Shown: piece after piece, positions 17,368 to 26,982 of the stretch
How positions within the stretch are numbered: position 1 is the stretch's first letter
Layout of the letters: each line of letters opens with the position of its first letter
From: a virus
Lineage: Duplodnaviria > Caudoviricetes
Virus record (IMG/VR): IMGVR_UViG_3300032295_001971
Span: 1 to 40,032 of that record
Reading direction: 5' to 3' (one strand)
Length of the DNA: 40,032 bases
Position numbers and translations under genes: made by a program
Notes under the pieces: generated by a model
The model's database searches: none
Told to the model about the DNA's origin: nothing
Seen by the model: the letters and a program-made list of their open reading frames with translations, nothing else

Positions 17368-18179
17368 TATATTATGTTAATTCTTTTATCAAATTTTGTA
17401 TTTAATATACCATTTGAACTGATAAACCTATATAATTCTTCTGCTATTTTTTTATATCCAAATATAGATGGATGTTTGCCAGGTGCGCTTTCAAATGGTA
17501 AATTATCTTCCCATACAGATGTATCATTTAAATTAGATAAATAATCTTTAAATGTTTTTAAAGAGAAGTTCCAATATAAATTATTATTAATGTGATTTGT
17601 TTTATCATCATCCTTATTAATATCTATAATCATCTTATCAAATGCATCTGCCATAACATATATAATGTTATAGTGTTCAAATAGCTTTTGTAAAAAAATT
17701 ATATAATTTTGGTTTACGATATTATAATAATTTTGATTTAATAATTGAGTGGCATAGAACATCTTATAATCATATATAAATTTATTATAAGTTGCATCTT
17801 TTGTTAATTCTCTACCAATACCCCAATGCTTTAAATGTTCATCTTCTATATATCGTAAACCCCAAGCAAACCATTCATTTTCTGGAAAAAAAGAAACTTC
17901 ATCTCTCAATGATGAACTCCACAATACTATAACTAAATCACCTTCGATTATTTTATTGGACTTGATATCGTTTACAATACCATCAAATATTTGTTTGTTG
18001 GAACATCCTGCTATTCCACAATTCTCAACATCAATAGATAAAATTTCCGATAAATGTTTTGGCCAGGAAAATTCATTTCTATATGCTTTTCTATCTTCGG
18101 ATTTAAGAAAAGTATCTTCCATAATCCTATTTACACCAACGCCTTCTGTCCAACTATCACCGTAACAATATAGTTTCAT
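17367..18179 (-). CDS. SGNH/GDSL-like hydrolase or acyltransferase
   Basis: GDSWTEG, SWP, NCGIAGCSN, KHPS. Confidence 0.75.
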   Translation of the reverse strand: MKLYCYGDSWTEGVGVNRIMEDTFLKSEDRKAYRNEFSWPKHLSEILSIDVENCGIAGCSNKQIFDGIVNDIKSNKIIEGDLVIVLWSSSLRDEVSFFPENEWFAWGLRYIEDEHLKHWGIGRELTKDATYNKFIYDYKMFYATQLLNQNYYNIVNQNYIIFLQKLFEHYNIIYVMADAFDKMIIDINKDDDKTNHINNNLYWNFSLKTFKDYLSNLNDTSVWEDNLPFESAPGKHPSIFGYKKIAEELYRFISSNGILNTKFDKRINII

Positions 18180-18185
18180 AAGATA

Positions 18186-18326
18186 TTAACTCAAATGCTT
18201 AGCCTTAATCCTATCTACTACTTCTTGAAAAGCATTTACTATTTTAATTTTTAAGTTAGAATCCAATGGTTTTATATCAGATTTAATTACCTGTGCTGGT
18301 CTTTCTATTCTTATTGTTTCTGCCAT
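18186..18326 (-). CDS. 46-aa protein not in the ORF track
   Basis: Own translation: MAETIRIERPAQVIKSDIKPLDSNLKIKIVNAFQEVVDRIKAKHLS; A-rich leader; fills the gap between neighbours. Confidence 0.7.
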   Translation of the reverse strand: MAETIRIERPAQVIKSDIKPLDSNLKIKIVNAFQEVVDRIKAKHLS

Positions 18327-18362
18327 ATTTTTATATTATTTATGTTTATTGTTAATTTATTT

Positions 18363-19862
18363 TTAAAGTTTAGCAGGCGGTCTACTTCTACATGGTCTAC
18401 AAAAACTTGCACAACACCAATTACCACATTGACTGAAGCCATAACAACACCAACATTGATTGTGCATTATACTAACTGCATTATTACCAATATCTACTAA
18501 AAACAAATCAGAAGGTTCAAAATCTAAACCATAAATTGTTTTATAATCATATTCCATACCCAATCCAACAATTTCTAAAGTACTTAATTCGTTTGTTATT
18601 GTATTTTGAACTACCAATTTATCACCTATGTAAAAATTATTTACTTTATCCCATCTCGTTGATAAAGAACCAGATTCCTCTATATAATATGTGCAAGAAG
18701 GGGAATCTGTCCAAGTTGTGCCATTTTCTAATGTAATTCGTATAAATAGAGTTTCAACAGAAGCGGATTCAACCCCTTGTAGTGAAGATGATGTTTGTAA
18801 TAAAGTATTAATAGTTTGATCTAAATTAGATTCCCAACCATATAATAAAATGCTTTCTCCGTTGGATGGCGAGTTGCCATTTAAATCGGTAAAATCTATT
18901 GATTTAATATAATCTCCCAATTGATATGTATCTAAACTTCTAAAAGAGCCTGTATAATCTAATATTAACGAATCATCATCGGTGTGATAATCGATTCCTT
19001 CAAAATTACCCAATCCTTTGTTTATATACTTATATCTACTTTTTTGATTTAATCTTCTACTTCCACTTATAAATTCATTTTGTAAAAATGAAAGTTCCAT
19101 AACTGTTGATGTTGTGTAACCTCCCATATTAATAACATCTAAGTTAGAACCATATATTATATCAATACTTCTAATAACATTATATCTACCATCAATAATA
19201 TTTTGGGTATCATATACAAATTCTTGTAATAAATTATTATCTCCGGAAACCAATTCATTTTTAAATTCATTCAGTTCGGATGATAATTCCAATGAATATA
19301 ATGCAGGTAATTCAGATTGATCGTATGCAGGATATCTATGTTTAACTAAAATGTTGGGTTCATTTGGATATTCCAAATTTAAATAATTTAAAGAATCATA
19401 CCCAAATTCATCATTTAAAATATATGTTTTTGGTAAATACGCAGAACCACTCATCAATGAAATAAATTCGTATTTATCTGCACAATAGGTTTCATCAACC
19501 AATGCGGTTGTATCATACGCTTGTCTTAAAATAAATTTAGTTGGTGTATCTTCAATATATGGTACTGTTACCGAATTTAGAGGTACAGTATATCCAAAGT
19601 ATTCTATACCATTAAGTTGGCATTTTTCCTTTAAAATATCAGCAAATCTATATTGTTTTATATTTTCAGGAAGATATGATGCCATATCAGTCCAAATAAA
19701 ATGTAACTGATTTATATCATTTGATACCATCATTTCAAATAATGGGTCATAATTTAATAAATCGGCTCCAATATTATAAATGGTTGTATTGGTGTTGATT
19801 TCCAATATTTTAACCGAATCACCTTGTTGTAGTAGGTCTGTGCCTATTATAGTTCCTTTCAT
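18363..19862 (-). CDS. circularly permuted ATP-grasp-like + Hint domain + Cys-rich C-terminal peptide
   Basis: N-terminal GTDLLQQGDSVKILEINTN, later LPKTY, LVKH, LLQEFV; Hint-like aa ~293-468 ending LFLV..SIMHN; tail QCWCCYGFSQCGNWCCASFCRPCRSRPPAKL. Confidence 0.7.
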   Translation of the reverse strand: MKGTIIGTDLLQQGDSVKILEINTNTTIYNIGADLLNYDPLFEMMVSNDINQLHFIWTDMASYLPENIKQYRFADILKEKCQLNGIEYFGYTVPLNSVTVPYIEDTPTKFILRQAYDTTALVDETYCADKYEFISLMSGSAYLPKTYILNDEFGYDSLNYLNLEYPNEPNILVKHRYPAYDQSELPALYSLELSSELNEFKNELVSGDNNLLQEFVYDTQNIIDGRYNVIRSIDIIYGSNLDVINMGGYTTSTVMELSFLQNEFISGSRRLNQKSRYKYINKGLGNFEGIDYHTDDDSLILDYTGSFRSLDTYQLGDYIKSIDFTDLNGNSPSNGESILLYGWESNLDQTINTLLQTSSSLQGVESASVETLFIRITLENGTTWTDSPSCTYYIEESGSLSTRWDKVNNFYIGDKLVVQNTITNELSTLEIVGLGMEYDYKTIYGLDFEPSDLFLVDIGNNAVSIMHNQCWCCYGFSQCGNWCCASFCRPCRSRPPAKL

Positions 19863-19891
19863 ATTTGTGTTTTTTCCTTAAGTATATATAT

Positions 19892-20179
19892 TTAAATCAT
19901 AGATTTTTCTTCTTTTTTATCCATACCATTACCATATCGTTTATCAATTTCCATCCATTTATCCAATGGACATGGATTTATCGTTTGGGAGAATATCTTC
20001 TTAGATATTGGACATCCACATCCTTTGCATATAGCCGACCACTTCTTTTTCTTAAATAATTGCTTATAATTTGAACAATTTAAGCAAATTTCTAATCTTT
20101 TTTTGGCTAAAAGAGATTCTTTTTCAGTTGGGTTCTCAGCTATCCACCACGATTTTATAACATCAGTAAAATCAATCAT
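19892..20179 (-). CDS. small Cys-rich metal-binding protein (DUF6171-like)
   Basis: RLEICLNC...CKGCGC...K...CPLDKW. Confidence 0.7.
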   Translation of the reverse strand: MIDFTDVIKSWWIAENPTEKESLLAKKRLEICLNCSNYKQLFKKKKWSAICKGCGCPISKKIFSQTINPCPLDKWMEIDKRYGNGMDKKEEKSMI

Positions 20180-20901
20180 ATTAATGTTTTATTCGTTTTT
20201 GGTAAATCATAAATATCATAAATCAAATTATACTTATTTATAAAGTTATCATTCAATTTTATATTAGAATCAAAATGTTTACTGGAATTACTTTGTTCTA
20301 ACTTAAAATCTATATTTAATTTATCAGATACCCAATTTTCCAATTCATTTAATTTATTAAAATCAAACCATTTAATTCTGTTATCATTATTATGATAATC
20401 AGATGTTGGTGATATTAATATGTTTATCATTGTAGCTAATTGTGGATGTATATTTTTATAATTTGAATTACATGCTATTTTTTTAATTATATCAATTTTT
20501 TTATTATTATAAATCAAATCTTCACTTTTATAAAATAATATATCATCCACATTTAATTTTATAAATCTATCAAATGTATTATATTCTCCTATTCTATAGG
20601 TTTCATCTATAACATGCTTCCATAAAGATAAAAAACGTTCATGTCTATTTCGTTTAACAGAAATAATTTCATAATGATTACCAAACTTTTTTTCTAAACT
20701 TGTTAATCTTTCGTGCGCATGCATAATGTTATCTGCAATAGTTTCATTATCATGCTCAAAAATATCAATATTAACTTGACCTAATCCTATTACATTATCA
20801 TAATGTTCAACAGATATTCCTTTTTTCAAACATGATATATAAAAAGAAGTTGATGCGCTTCTGGGTAAACTAACAAATATAAATTTATTATCAACTAACA
20901 T
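20176..20901 (-). CDS. sulfotransferase family protein
   Basis: FIFVSLPRSASTS (5'-PSB-like) and RNRHERFLSLW (3'-PB-like). Confidence 0.75.
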   Translation of the reverse strand: MLVDNKFIFVSLPRSASTSFYISCLKKGISVEHYDNVIGLGQVNIDIFEHDNETIADNIMHAHERLTSLEKKFGNHYEIISVKRNRHERFLSLWKHVIDETYRIGEYNTFDRFIKLNVDDILFYKSEDLIYNNKKIDIIKKIACNSNYKNIHPQLATMINILISPTSDYHNNDNRIKWFDFNKLNELENWVSDKLNIDFKLEQSNSSKHFDSNIKLNDNFINKYNLIYDIYDLPKTNKTLI

Positions 20902-21554
20902 TATATTAAGCTACTTTGTTTTTTTATATTTTCAAATCCAACATTACCTGCCAATACAATTCTATCTATAGTAGATTTAGGTGCGTTATTTGGCGCGTGT
21001 GGCATCCACCCTTGCATTATTATCATATCATCTTCTTCCGGTCTAATCCAATATTCTTTTTTATTTTCACCTCTAAAATATAATACACCTTCTTCATCTT
21101 CCATTACATCAGGCATTTGAATATAATAAACATATGTATAGTGCGGAAAAAATGATTTATTTTTTTTGTTTATTTCAGTATGAGTGTGGTATTTATCAAC
21201 TCCTCTCATTTCATCGTGCTTAAACTGAATTTGAACGGGGTTATTGGAACGAACGATATTCACCCAAGCATCTGTATTAATTTTGTTGTATTCTATATTT
21301 TTTTCTTCATATATCTCTTTACAATAATTAATACCATATTTAACAACTTCATCTAACTTATTATTTATGGCGATTTCTCCTAAAAAATTTAAATTTTCTT
21401 TCCATTCTTGTTTATAACCAAATCCATCACTTTTTATTTCTGGTTGCGATTCTATCACATCGATTGCTTCTTTTAAAAGTAATTTCTTATACTCAACTAA
21501 GTTTAATTTAGTTTTCCAAATATATGTGGTATCATCAAAATACAACTTCTCCAT
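20901..21554 (-). CDS. putative 2OG-Fe(II) oxygenase
   Basis: AWVN, HTH, YVYYIQMP, WMPH, RIVLAGN. Confidence 0.75.
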   Translation of the reverse strand: MEKLYFDDTTYIWKTKLNLVEYKKLLLKEAIDVIESQPEIKSDGFGYKQEWKENLNFLGEIAINNKLDEVVKYGINYCKEIYEEKNIEYNKINTDAWVNIVRSNNPVQIQFKHDEMRGVDKYHTHTEINKKNKSFFPHYTYVYYIQMPDVMEDEEGVLYFRGENKKEYWIRPEEDDMIIMQGWMPHAPNNAPKSTIDRIVLAGNVGFENIKKQSSLI

Positions 21555-22795
21555 TATATCAAGCTTTTTTTAATTTTTTGATTGTGACCTCTCCATATAC
21601 ATCTATAGCTATATATACTAAAAACAGGAAACTCCTTACATCCGATGGTATTCATAATCTCATCACCGGATTGTATATGCAAAACCTTATCATTTTCCAG
21701 CAATTTAGCCAGTCCATCCGGTAGTTTCATATCGTATAGTTCTTTCCAAAAAGGAGTATCGTTTCTATAGCAGTGATAGTGGTATCTAACAAACAACATA
21801 TTTTGTTTATTAATATCTTCCATATACTCATTATAACTTTCAATGTGATGTTGGTTTTCAAATCTACTATCGCCCAATTTATCTATAAACTGCAAAGACA
21901 TAATCAGAGTCATCACTGCGGTTGCTTCCAATGGTTCTAAGAATCCACTGGATAATCCTATAGCTATACAATTTTTAGCCCAACTTTCTTTAAAGTGCCC
22001 CGCCTCATATTTAAATGTCTTTACGATTTCAATAGGTCTACCCAAATACGCCTCTACCTCAGCTTTAGCCTCATCTACGCTTATATATTTATCAGAGAAT
22101 GCATACCCATTTCCATATCTACCTCTAGTTGGTATCCTCCACATCCATCCAGCATCCATTGCTATACATTTTGTATTTGCCTGCTCTCTCAATTCAAAAT
22201 TGTTATCCATTGGTTCAAAAAATGCTATTGCTGAATTGGTTGTTAATTGGTCTCCGTATGAAATCCATTCTGATTTATATTCATTTCCAATTACCAATCT
22301 TGCAAACCCACTACAATCAAACACAAAGTCCGTAGATATAATATCACCCGTTTCTAATTTTATATCTTTTATATTATCATCGGAATCTTTATTGAATCCC
22401 ATAATAACAGAATCTATCCAATTAATACCTCTTTCTAATGCTATATTTTTAAAATACTCTGCTACCAATCTTGCATTAAAATGATATCCATAAACCTTAT
22501 TATTATTTAATTTTCCAAAATCATGTAGAAATTCACTACTTTTATCAGGTGACCAATTGACAAAATCAATTCCTTTTTTTAATACCGTATCAGTCTTTAT
22601 AATAAAATCATTTTCATCGATACCCAAATCAGCAATTATACCTGGAAAATTAGGAGTAGAACCCTCACCTGCACCTAATATACCAATTTTAGAACTTTCT
22701 ATTAAAGTGATATCATTCATTTTCCAAAATCGCTGAGCATACAATGCAGTTAACCAACCCGCAGTTCCCCCACCAACTATTACTACTTTTTTCAT
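21554..22795 (-). CDS. flavin-dependent halogenase (tryptophan halogenase family)
   Basis: GGGTAGW, GAGEGS, DCSGF, WMWRIP (WxWxIP), GFLEPLEAT. Confidence 0.9.
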   Translation of the reverse strand: MKKVVIVGGGTAGWLTALYAQRFWKMNDITLIESSKIGILGAGEGSTPNFPGIIADLGIDENDFIIKTDTVLKKGIDFVNWSPDKSSEFLHDFGKLNNNKVYGYHFNARLVAEYFKNIALERGINWIDSVIMGFNKDSDDNIKDIKLETGDIISTDFVFDCSGFARLVIGNEYKSEWISYGDQLTTNSAIAFFEPMDNNFELREQANTKCIAMDAGWMWRIPTRGRYGNGYAFSDKYISVDEAKAEVEAYLGRPIEIVKTFKYEAGHFKESWAKNCIAIGLSSGFLEPLEATAVMTLIMSLQFIDKLGDSRFENQHHIESYNEYMEDINKQNMLFVRYHYHCYRNDTPFWKELYDMKLPDGLAKLLENDKVLHIQSGDEIMNTIGCKEFPVFSIYSYRCIWRGHNQKIKKSLI

Positions 22796-23349
22796 AACAA
22801 AGTTTTTTTATATCCTTCTATTTTTTCTAAAGATACCCAATTAACCAAAGAATAACGAATTCCACTTTTTACCGGTAAAACTCTATGAATTATATTTGAA
22901 AAAAATATGTATAAATTACCAAGCCCTCTTTCAAATGCGTATGTATTTCCGTTATTATCTTTCAATTGTAAATACCCACCCTCATATTCATCATTTAACT
23001 GAATAACTATTGAACAATACCTATCTTTATATTCATCAGTATCGCTATCAGTATGCCAATTATAATACTCACCTACTTCATATTTTGTAAATTGATAAGG
23101 ACCTATACCCGTTACATCAAATCCTTTAATATGTATATTTTCTTTCAATACGTTTTTCAATCTTTCATCTATAATATCTATATTATCTATAAATGCAATT
23201 GATGATTTTCTAACATTAGTATCAATAATGTCATTCATTACCTTTGCGGGTGTTAAATCTAATTCTTTTAAATATTTGTTTAAAATAAGTTTACATTCAT
23301 CTTTCGATAAAAATTCCTTAATCATAATATGTTTATTATCGTTGTTCAT
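22792..23349 (-). CDS. 2OG-Fe(II) oxygenase (prolyl-hydroxylase-like)
   Basis: RKS, QFTKY, WHTD, EYEGG, HRVLPV, RYSLVNW. Confidence 0.88.
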   Translation of the reverse strand: MNNDNKHIMIKEFLSKDECKLILNKYLKELDLTPAKVMNDIIDTNVRKSSIAFIDNIDIIDERLKNVLKENIHIKGFDVTGIGPYQFTKYEVGEYYNWHTDSDTDEYKDRYCSIVIQLNDEYEGGYLQLKDNNGNTYAFERGLGNLYIFFSNIIHRVLPVKSGIRYSLVNWVSLEKIEGYKKTLL

Positions 23350-23963
23350 TATATTAAATTTTTTAATATTTTATTTTTAGCAACAGTGTTATAATTTATT
23401 ACAAATCGATTTCCTTGATTTGGATATTCTCCATAGTGATATAAATTACCATTAAATACTAAAACTCTACCTTTCTTAGGAGATACTCTTTTTAATAATT
23501 GGAAATCATCAGTATTAATAGAACTAAAATTATCTTTAATGTTTTCCGCTGAGTTTCCTTTTTTATTAGTAAATAGTATGGTATCTCCATCGGAATCGTT
23601 TATATAATAAATAATAACTATGTGGTCATCACCCATATCAATATGCATCAATTTAGTTGCATCGTATAGAGTATTTAATGGTGATGTTTTGTTTATTTTA
23701 CGTCTTATATTTTTTACAAATTGCATATCTAATATCTCCACAACATTTTTTTCTATTTTGGAAACTATAGATAATACCAAATCACTAACACTATTCCAAT
23801 ATATTACATTACCTGGAAAAGATTCATGCATATTTCCACCAAACTCACCAGTAATATTACTATGTTCTAACCATTTTGTGTTAGCACTTAATATTTCAGA
23901 TTCTAATATATTTTGTTCATCGGAATCTATAATATCATCAAATATATAATATGAACTTATCAT
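23349..23963 (-). CDS. 2OG-Fe(II) oxygenase-like protein
   Basis: HID, YYINDSDGDT, PKKGR..FNG..YH, RFVIN. Confidence 0.8.
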   Translation of the reverse strand: MISSYYIFDDIIDSDEQNILESEILSANTKWLEHSNITGEFGGNMHESFPGNVIYWNSVSDLVLSIVSKIEKNVVEILDMQFVKNIRRKINKTSPLNTLYDATKLMHIDMGDDHIVIIYYINDSDGDTILFTNKKGNSAENIKDNFSSINTDDFQLLKRVSPKKGRVLVFNGNLYHYGEYPNQGNRFVINYNTVAKNKILKNLI

Positions 23964-24178
23964 TTATTATCTTTTTTAATTCCATATTTTACCCACTTAT
24001 ACCAAACCCTTTCATGCAGGTAATATTGGATAGGCTTGTAGACTAATTCTGCTACCCCAAATGCGGCACCAACCTTAATTGAACCACTTACCCACCACAT
24101 TATACCAAACCCTATTAGAGTCGATATAATACGATATGAGATGGTCTTAGCTATGTGTCTCTTTCTTTCTACTATCAT
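23960..24178 (-). CDS. DUF2061-like small membrane protein
   Basis: RHIAKTISYR...YYLHERVW. Confidence 0.8.
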   Translation of the reverse strand: MIVERKRHIAKTISYRIISTLIGFGIMWWVSGSIKVGAAFGVAELVYKPIQYYLHERVWYKWVKYGIKKDNK

Positions 24179-24693
24179 AGTAAACTAAATTTTGATTGTT
24201 TTTTTGAAAACCATATTACCAATACATCCCTAACTCCATTTGTTACCTCACTAACTTCATGCTCACATGCACCTCCATCGAAACAAATATATTCGCCGGT
24301 TTTATTCATACTTACGAGGTTTCCATCTATATACATATCACCACCAATAAAAGTATCATTTATTATTATAGAAACTGTTTTATGGGTTGTAAATCTATCT
24401 TTATGTTTTTTTGCAAATCCACCTACCCCATAAAACAATCTATGCATCATATATAAATTTTCAATCGGTTCATCAAATTTTTGACAAATGAATTTATTTA
24501 AAGTTTCATTTGATAATTGATACACATAACTTTTTTCTGTATATAAAGATACGGAATCATCTTTTATGTTTTGGGTAGTATAATATAGTTGCGGATGTGC
24601 TAACTTTACATATTTTAACGCATCATCTTCCATAATAGGCGTTCTATCCAATTCAACTTTTAAAAACTCATATTCATCTTCAGTTAAAATCAT
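24175..24693 (-). CDS. 2OG-Fe(II) oxygenase
   Basis: HKD, FIGGD, HEVSEV, RDVLVIW. Confidence 0.82.
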   Translation of the reverse strand: MILTEDEYEFLKVELDRTPIMEDDALKYVKLAHPQLYYTTQNIKDDSVSLYTEKSYVYQLSNETLNKFICQKFDEPIENLYMMHRLFYGVGGFAKKHKDRFTTHKTVSIIINDTFIGGDMYIDGNLVSMNKTGEYICFDGGACEHEVSEVTNGVRDVLVIWFSKKQSKFSLL

Positions 24694-25316
24694 ATTATTT
24701 TATCTGCTTTATTATTGAATATAACCATATCATCTTCTATTTTTAATAAATTATGCAATTTTGTATAAAAATCATAACAACCTTTCCAACCAGGGTGCCA
24801 GTCAATAGGATCACCTCCTTCATCTGCAATTGATGTAACTTGAATTAATTCTACAAAATCAGAAGTCATTTTATAAAAATCGGTATTCCATGTTACAAAT
24901 ATAGGTTTGAATTGCTTATAGAATTCTTTTAACTTTTTTAAAAAATGTATTTCATCAATTCGTTCACCACTTAACCAATGTTCCGTTTCAGATAATCTAA
25001 CATCCATCAGTTTTTTAGCAAATTGCTTATCTTTATACCATTCCCAATTTAGATATTTTATGGTATGATTAACACTTCTTTCACCAAAATATCTTCTTGG
25101 AAAACGACCAGGAGCAGTAAAAACTATTATTAATCTATCTCCTTCTTTATATTCAGATATTCTGCCAGTTTGATAAATTATAGAATGATTATCTGAACCA
25201 TATTTACCTAATTTTATTATCTTATAATGATTTGACAAATAGTCTACCCAATGGGTTTGTGGTAAATCCCAATCAACAAAACTATCACCACAAATGTAAA
25301 CATTGGGTTTAATCAT
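24690..25316 (-). CDS. SGNH-like hydrolase
   Basis: CGDSF, GKYGSDN, DWHP. Confidence 0.7.
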   Translation of the reverse strand: MIKPNVYICGDSFVDWDLPQTHWVDYLSNHYKIIKLGKYGSDNHSIIYQTGRISEYKEGDRLIIVFTAPGRFPRRYFGERSVNHTIKYLNWEWYKDKQFAKKLMDVRLSETEHWLSGERIDEIHFLKKLKEFYKQFKPIFVTWNTDFYKMTSDFVELIQVTSIADEGGDPIDWHPGWKGCYDFYTKLHNLLKIEDDMVIFNNKADKII

Positions 25317-25942
25317 ATTAATTCTTTTATATTTTTATCCTTTATAAAGGTATTACCATTGAAAATAGTGTATTTTAATTCAAATGAGTTTTGTTTCCAA
25401 AAAATACTGTTATTATAAGGTAGTGTTTTATAATCGTCTCCCGTCAATGGAATTCTAATACCCGTTATATAATTATGATTACCACTATATTCAAAAAACG
25501 CAACTATTGTTCCATTTTTACAATTTGGTTTTATATACTCCAAAAACTTAGGTATATTTGGGTCTAAATGAGTATCATGTAAAACTCCATCAAATTTTTT
25601 ATCTAATGTAGGTAGTATCTCAATCCAATCACCAAATATTATTTTAGTATTTGGTTTATCCTTAGCCCATATTAGAGCACATTCATAAATCTCAGGATGA
25701 ACTTCTATAATAGTATGAGATGTTACATTTGGATTAGATTGAACACCATCAGCCGATAAGTGCATGCCAAACCCCACCTCTAAAATATCTCCTCCGTTTT
25801 TAGTTGCTATTTCTGCTAATTTTTGCATTAGGGTTGTTTCACCTCTATGCATTACAATACCATTTCTATTTTTACCATTTTTAGTCTTAGCAGGTATTTC
25901 TATTGATTCATCCGAAATAATTAGTTTTTCGTTTCCTTTCAT
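25313..25942 (-). CDS. class I SAM methyltransferase (GAMT/Rmt2-like)
   Basis: GGDILEVGFGM, HTIIEVHP, GDW, FDGVLHDT. Confidence 0.85.
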   Translation of the reverse strand: MKGNEKLIISDESIEIPAKTKNGKNRNGIVMHRGETTLMQKLAEIATKNGGDILEVGFGMHLSADGVQSNPNVTSHTIIEVHPEIYECALIWAKDKPNTKIIFGDWIEILPTLDKKFDGVLHDTHLDPNIPKFLEYIKPNCKNGTIVAFFEYSGNHNYITGIRIPLTGDDYKTLPYNNSIFWKQNSFELKYTIFNGNTFIKDKNIKELI

Positions 25943-26424
25943 TATATGATACTTTTATTATTTTTAAAATATATGTCAACATACGATATTAAGCAATATC
26001 TATCACCATCTATTACTCGTTCAACATTAAACGATTGGGATGGTGAAATAGAAATAAACTCACCTTTTTTTGGAGATGATAAAATATTATCAATTACCAT
26101 TCTACCTCCAATAAAATCATCATTTAATACACACATAAAAACATATGGGTTATTAAATTTGTGTGGTATATGCTTAGTATCTTTATTTAATATTTGAATC
26201 ATGTTTTTTATTGATGAAACATTATCAACATAATTATTTATTATATTATTTATAAATAAATTATAATCCGAGTTTGTGTTTATTTCAAATTGATATGCAT
26301 TTGTTGGTTCTAACATACCATCGGCTATTTCAGTTCCCACTTCAAATGAATAGCATTGATTTTTATCCACCATAGATATTAATGTATTACAAAAATGTTC
26401 ATCAAATTTATATATGGGTTGCAT
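25942..26424 (-). CDS. degenerate 2OG-Fe(II) oxygenase-like protein
   Basis: LNDDFIGG, PKKGE and V..GDRYCL retained; distal His position reads FNV. Confidence 0.6.
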   Translation of the reverse strand: MQPIYKFDEHFCNTLISMVDKNQCYSFEVGTEIADGMLEPTNAYQFEINTNSDYNLFINNIINNYVDNVSSIKNMIQILNKDTKHIPHKFNNPYVFMCVLNDDFIGGRMVIDNILSSPKKGEFISISPSQSFNVERVIDGDRYCLISYVDIYFKNNKSII

Positions 26425-26981
26425 TAAAAAATGTTTTTAACTTTTTGTTCTTTATTTTTAATATAATTAAAAGCTATAGATATTCTTTCTTCATTTGTAT
26501 TATTTGATTCAACTCTATGAATCATTGCCGGTGGAAAAAGAAGCAAATCTCCGTTTTCCGGCTTTATTGATACTTCAGATTTATCTTTTACTGAAAATAC
26601 TATGTTACCAGAATCACCATCGGGTATATTTAAATAGAATACTCCTGATAAAATAGATTGTTTTTTACTATTGGGTTTAATTCCCATATGATGATGCTTT
26701 TCATTATAAGAACCATTACCATTTATATTAATCCAATAGTATCCCAATTGCAATTCCGTCAAACCTACAATATCTTTACAAGATGTATAAGCTATATCGG
26801 ATATTTGATTGAACAATGGAATTAAAATATCATCAACTTCATAGATTTCTTTTGTTTGAAATCCATTTACGCTAGATTTTCTACCAACCTCACCAATACC
26901 CAATTTTTTTAGATGATGAGCATAATCTATTAATGGATTTAAATCAATAGATTTTATATTATGCTTAAATATTTGCTCCAT
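26424..26981 (-). CDS. 2OG-Fe(II) oxygenase (TIGR02466-like)
   Basis: WININ, HHH, LSGVFYL, LLLFP...HRV, RISIAFN. Confidence 0.85.
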   Translation of the reverse strand: MEQIFKHNIKSIDLNPLIDYAHHLKKLGIGEVGRKSSVNGFQTKEIYEVDDILIPLFNQISDIAYTSCKDIVGLTELQLGYYWININGNGSYNEKHHHMGIKPNSKKQSILSGVFYLNIPDGDSGNIVFSVKDKSEVSIKPENGDLLLFPPAMIHRVESNNTNEERISIAFNYIKNKEQKVKNIF

Positions 26982-26982
26982 A

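Noticed and set aside
18459-18986. Classical splicing intein or mobile element
   Set aside because: No Cys/Ser at the expected first residue, +1 residue is Gln, and no homing endonuclease motifs; better read as a cleavage-only Hint domain
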